A stretch of DNA of 64,000 nucleotides. Source: Rickettsiales bacterium (GTDB lineage: Bacteria; Pseudomonadota; Alphaproteobacteria; Methylaequorales; Methylaequoraceae). Numbering within the stretch: the stretch's first letter is position 1; each line of letters opens with the position of its first letter. The DNA lies in the NCBI GenBank assembly GCA_002691145.1, contig NZHE01000006.1, forward strand, positions 2,564-66,563. Direction: 5' to 3'. The notes below the pieces were generated by a model. The model was not told where the DNA came from. It saw nothing but the letters and a program-made list of their open reading frames with translations, and did not search any database. A program made the position numbers and the translations under genes. Shown here piece after piece: positions 60,559-64,000 of this stretch.

Positions 60559-62184
60559 TTATTTAATCAATCTAAATAACCACCTCACCTTTTTTTCAGG
60601 GATTATCCTATCAGATATTAATATATGATTGGTCTTATAAATTTTTTGCTTCTCGCCTAGATATATACTTTCTAAAATTCTAATCTTTGCTTCAGAACAT
60701 ATAAACTCCCAACCTTGACCTCCGGGCAATCTAAGGATAGCTTTTTTTTTACTCCCAGTAGCACTGACTTCAATAGAAGGATGTAAATGAAAGCGTAAGA
60801 AATATTTTTTTGCTATTAATGAATAGTTTTTAGTTACTTGCGATAGTACATCCTGACCTCTTATCAATTTGTTATTTATATCGATATGAATTTTTCTAGC
60901 GTGGATTATGCCAAAAATATCTCTATAACCTGAATGGGCTGAATCAATCCAATGACAATGATTATTAAATTTCTTTGTTGACCAGACTTTAGCAAGTCTC
61001 GAATTTTTATTCTCTTTTTTGTAAAAGATATCAGAAGAATTAATATTATCTATTGATAATGTGCTATGAGCAGCGGTTGTCTTCATGGCTTCTGTCCACT
61101 TCTTATTATGAACATAAGGAGCCCCGCAATTAACAATAATTTTATTTTTTCCAAAAGAGAGTTCAAAAGACAACGATCCAGCGCATGTATCATCTGAGAC
61201 AGGATTACCACAATCCATTATTAAATTAATTTTATGCCCTGAAATTTTTCTAAATCCCGAAGCACTAAGATTTTCGGGTACTTTAATCTTTGAGTTTGAC
61301 CTCATTATGATTTGATTAACAAAGATATTCTTAAAAGAAGTAGAGTTATTAAAATTTGTTAATGACCCATTGCTCATTTTAAAAAATTTTACTACGCATG
61401 CCATTCTTGAAATTGTTGAAATAATTTCTTTAGGAATTTTAATCTTTGACTCAACTAAATAATTTTTAATATCTAAAAGATTTTTAAGAAACAAGATATG
61501 TTTTGAGGGTGACTTGGAATAATGGCAACCATCTGTGTAGACTTGTAATTTTATTTCTTCAAGTAAAAGTTTAATTGAAAAATTATAAAATTTATAAAAT
61601 ATTTTATAATTTAAAGTAATTAATATTATTGCTTTCAGAACGAAAATTCTTTCAATACCATTTGTAAAATTCAATTTACACTTTAAGAGATGATTTGCTT
61701 GTTTACATATATTACTTAGAAGATTTTCCTGAAAGTCTTTTTCTGCACTGTAAAAAAAGAAATTAAAATTTCCAAATAATGAACATATTCTCCTCCCAAT
61801 TATATGATTATTCCATTCTAACTCATGAAAACAACTATACTTATTAATCCATTCTGTTATTGATTGTCTTAAAAAAACTCTTGATTCATTTGTACCAACT
61901 GCTCTTAGGTCGTTTGCCCACTCAAAAGAATGCAGTTCCTCTTTCCAAACCTTTGACGCATCATTTTTCTCCCAAACAGAATTACTAAAGTTTATAGTTT
62001 CATTAAAAAATTTTATATATCCTCTTAGAATATTGTAACCTGAATTAATATCTCCTCCCCAGGGATCACTTAGAATATTATGAACATCTGTCGAAATATT
62101 TTTGTTGATTAAAAAATTATAAACTGGAGTTTTGAAAAATAATTTTAAACATTTTTTAGACAAGCTATTTTTATCAGTCATCAT
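60559..62184 (-). CDS. heparinase II/III-like family protein
   Basis: 541 aa. The N-terminal LSDPWGGDINSGYNILRGYIKF matches the pattern I recall for alphaproteobacterial heparinase II/III-like proteins that neighbour rsmB. Confidence 0.6.
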   Translation of the reverse strand: MMTDKNSLSKKCLKLFFKTPVYNFLINKNISTDVHNILSDPWGGDINSGYNILRGYIKFFNETINFSNSVWEKNDASKVWKEELHSFEWANDLRAVGTNESRVFLRQSITEWINKYSCFHELEWNNHIIGRRICSLFGNFNFFFYSAEKDFQENLLSNICKQANHLLKCKLNFTNGIERIFVLKAIILITLNYKIFYKFYNFSIKLLLEEIKLQVYTDGCHYSKSPSKHILFLKNLLDIKNYLVESKIKIPKEIISTISRMACVVKFFKMSNGSLTNFNNSTSFKNIFVNQIIMRSNSKIKVPENLSASGFRKISGHKINLIMDCGNPVSDDTCAGSLSFELSFGKNKIIVNCGAPYVHNKKWTEAMKTTAAHSTLSIDNINSSDIFYKKENKNSRLAKVWSTKKFNNHCHWIDSAHSGYRDIFGIIHARKIHIDINNKLIRGQDVLSQVTKNYSLIAKKYFLRFHLHPSIEVSATGSKKKAILRLPGGQGWEFICSEAKIRILESIYLGEKQKIYKTNHILISDRIIPEKKVRWLFRLIK

Positions 62185-62192
62185 CTTTAAAA

Positions 62193-63482
62193 TTAATATA
62201 AACGTTTAAAGCAAGCAATAAAAAATCCATCTAAACCTCCTTCATTTTGTAAAGAGAGTGGAGTTACCGTGATTGAACCCTTCGTTAAAAGACAATCTAC
62301 ACCGCCTACCATCTTTTCATCTAGTTTTACTAATGAAAAGTTTTTATTTTGAAACAAAAATTTTTCAACTTGCTCTTGCCCCTCATCAGATATAAGTGAG
62401 CACACGCAATACAAAATTATACCGTTTTTTTCAACAATCGTAGAGGTTTTCTTTAATATATCATATTGCTTAACAATTAATTTTTTAAGGATATTTGCTT
62501 TGTTTTTTATCAATATATCAGGTTTTTTTGCTATTATACCACTAGCTGTGCACGGAGCATCAATTAAAATGCAATTAAATTTTCTAAAAAGATTTATATT
62601 TAATATATCGCCGTGTATTAAATCAACTTTAAAACCAACCCTACTTAAATTTTCCTTAAAGGTTTTGATCCTTTTTTCAGAAATCTCTACAGTTGTAACT
62701 TTGTATTTATTTTCACATAAATTTAAAGTTTTACCTCCAGGCGCTCCACCTATTTCTAGAACAGAAACACGGTTTTTTTCAATTTTTTTAAAATAGTTAT
62801 TAACAATAATTATTGGAAGTAAAGAAGACAAACTTTGAATCCACCAATGCCCTTTATTAAAAAAAGGAAGATTTGTAACTTTTCCAAGATCCCTCTTTCT
62901 TATTATCTCATTGAAAATATTTCTTCCGTTGAGAATCTTTTCCCAATTTTTTTTTAAAAATACATCTTTTCTAATTTTAATATCAATGTAAGGACGATTT
63001 ACAACAACTTTTGAGATAGCTAGAGTATTGTCTTTCCCAACATTTTTTTCTAAATTGTCTTTAATCCAACTCGGTAAATTATAGATTGTAGATGATTTTT
63101 TCAAAATTTCCTCTTTATCTCTCGAAATATTTCTTAACGTAGCGTTTATGGCAGAGGTTAGACTAGGAACTCTTTTTTTTATAATACTCACTGATGTATT
63201 AACTGCAGAATAATCTGGTACATTTAAATATAATATTTGAGTTACACCAATTCTTAGAACATTAATGAAAAACTTTTTTTTGATCTTTTTTTTTAAATAT
63301 GAGCGTATTACTCTATCAATCTCACCATTTCTTCTTAGATATGTTAATATAGTCATTCTTACGAATGACTTTTCTCTTGATGAGAGGTAACCATAGTCTT
63401 TATTTTTGTTAATTGAATTTTCAAATGAATAATTCTTGAAAATTTCACCCAAGATCAAAACAGAAATTTCTCTACTAAGCAT
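62193..63482 (-). CDS. rsmB: 16S rRNA m5C967 methyltransferase RsmB (Sun)
   Basis: NusB-like N-terminal domain, EIGGAPGGKT SAM motif, DAPCTASGI catalytic Cys motif. ATG at 63482 (the ORF's TTG is at 63497). Confidence 0.9.
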   Translation of the reverse strand: MLSREISVLILGEIFKNYSFENSINKNKDYGYLSSREKSFVRMTILTYLRRNGEIDRVIRSYLKKKIKKKFFINVLRIGVTQILYLNVPDYSAVNTSVSIIKKRVPSLTSAINATLRNISRDKEEILKKSSTIYNLPSWIKDNLEKNVGKDNTLAISKVVVNRPYIDIKIRKDVFLKKNWEKILNGRNIFNEIIRKRDLGKVTNLPFFNKGHWWIQSLSSLLPIIIVNNYFKKIEKNRVSVLEIGGAPGGKTLNLCENKYKVTTVEISEKRIKTFKENLSRVGFKVDLIHGDILNINLFRKFNCILIDAPCTASGIIAKKPDILIKNKANILKKLIVKQYDILKKTSTIVEKNGIILYCVCSLISDEGQEQVEKFLFQNKNFSLVKLDEKMVGGVDCLLTKGSITVTPLSLQNEGGLDGFFIACFKRLY

Positions 63483-63537
63483 AATACATTTTATCAAATA
63501 ATCTTGATTTTTTTATAAGAATGTTTAATTTAGAATA

Positions 63538-63666
63538 ATGAGCGAAAATAAAAAAATTGAAAAAAAAATAAATAAGAAGTCAGAAAAAGAAATTGGTGGT
63601 CCTAAAGGTCCAGAACCTACTAGATATGGTGATTGGGAGAGAAAAGGTATATGTTACGATTTCTAA
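63538..63666 (+). CDS. DUF1674/SDHAF4-like small protein (42 aa), absent from the ORF track
   Basis: Hand translation: [42 protein letters not shown]. The C-terminal [13 protein letters not shown] motif is the DUF1674 hallmark. Confidence 0.75.
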   Translation: MSENKKIEKKINKKSEKEIGGPKGPEPTRYGDWERKGICYDF

Positions 63667-64000
63667 ATATCTCTTCCTCTAACTAATTCTTCCACAACTT
63701 TAGGCTCATTTAAAGTAGAAACATCACCTATAGAATCTTCTTGGTTACATGCAATCTTTCTTAGAATTCTTCTCATGATTTTCCCTGATCTAGTTTTGGG
63801 AAGATTTGGTGCCCATTGAATCATGTCAGGAGTAGCTATTGGTCCTATTATTTTTCTTATCCAAGTAAGTAATTCCAGTTTTAATTCTGGTGAATATGAT
63901 TCTCCTTTCATCAAGGTTACATATGCGTATATACCTTGCCCTTTGATTTCATGAGGAAATCCTACCACTGCAGCTTCAGATACTTTATTATGAAGAACTA
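63663..64000 (-). CDS. acs: acetyl-CoA synthetase, C-terminal fragment (5' end outside window)
   Basis: ...[24 protein letters not shown]...[17 protein letters not shown]. The frame stays open to the window edge. Confidence 0.93.
   Translation of the reverse strand, partial: VLHNKVSEAAVVGFPHEIKGQGIYAYVTLMKGESYSPELKLELLTWIRKIIGPIATPDMIQWAPNLPKTRSGKIMRRILRKIACNQEDSIGDVSTLNEPKVVEELVRGRDI

Noticed and set aside
1-64000. Search for CRISPR arrays, transposases/IS elements, integrases, prophage genes, toxin-antitoxin pairs, restriction-modification or other defence systems, rRNA genes, and riboswitch-sized structured leaders.
   Set aside because: None found. No spaced direct repeats were seen, no ORF has mobility or defence motifs, and apart from the maf-hemE spacer no non-coding gap exceeds about 130 bp.

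Overview
Very AT-rich (about 30% G+C by eye, not computed), extremely gene-dense chromosomal segment. It holds about 70 CDS and one tRNA, and most spacers are under 100 bp. Many same-strand genes overlap stop/start (ATGA, TAATG), and every convergent junction has a gap of 3 nt or less or overlaps. Gene content and order are alphaproteobacterial. The compaction and the K/N/I-rich proteins suggest a SAR11/Pelagibacterales-like genome, but that is inference. Order along the window: pstC(partial)-pstA-pstB-phoU-phoB; a GT2+GT9 fusion glycosyltransferase; a PfkB kinase; dapB-dnaJ-dnaK-grpE-hrcA (minus strand); rph-rdgB; LpoA-like and BON lipoproteins; gshB; HIT-hisE-hisF-hisA-hisH-DUF2628-hisB; hslV and a frameshifted hslU; smr-mltA-Tim44; secB; dnaQ-coaE-aroE-maf. 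A 284-bp spacer follows, then hemE-hemH-hemJ-rho-mnmE-mnmG-rsmG-parA-parB; holA-lptE-leuS; yggS; xthA-lolA-ftsK; ubiH; tRNA-Gly(GCC); purH; a three-gene glycan-initiation cassette; a heparinase II/III-like gene; rsmB; a small DUF1674 ORF; and the acs 3' end. Three signals stand out. (1) A candidate chromosomal origin lies in the maf-hemE spacer, with four 8/9 DnaA boxes plus AT-rich repeats and the synteny known from Caulobacter/Rickettsia origins. (2) Two perfect 16-bp parS palindromes sit inside mnmG and rsmG, just upstream of parAB. (3) hslU is split by a frameshift inside an A8-G-A11 tract. I found no CRISPR array, transposase, integrase, prophage, toxin-antitoxin pair or recognisable defence system, and no convincing novel multi-gene system. 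Most of the window is ordinary core genome.
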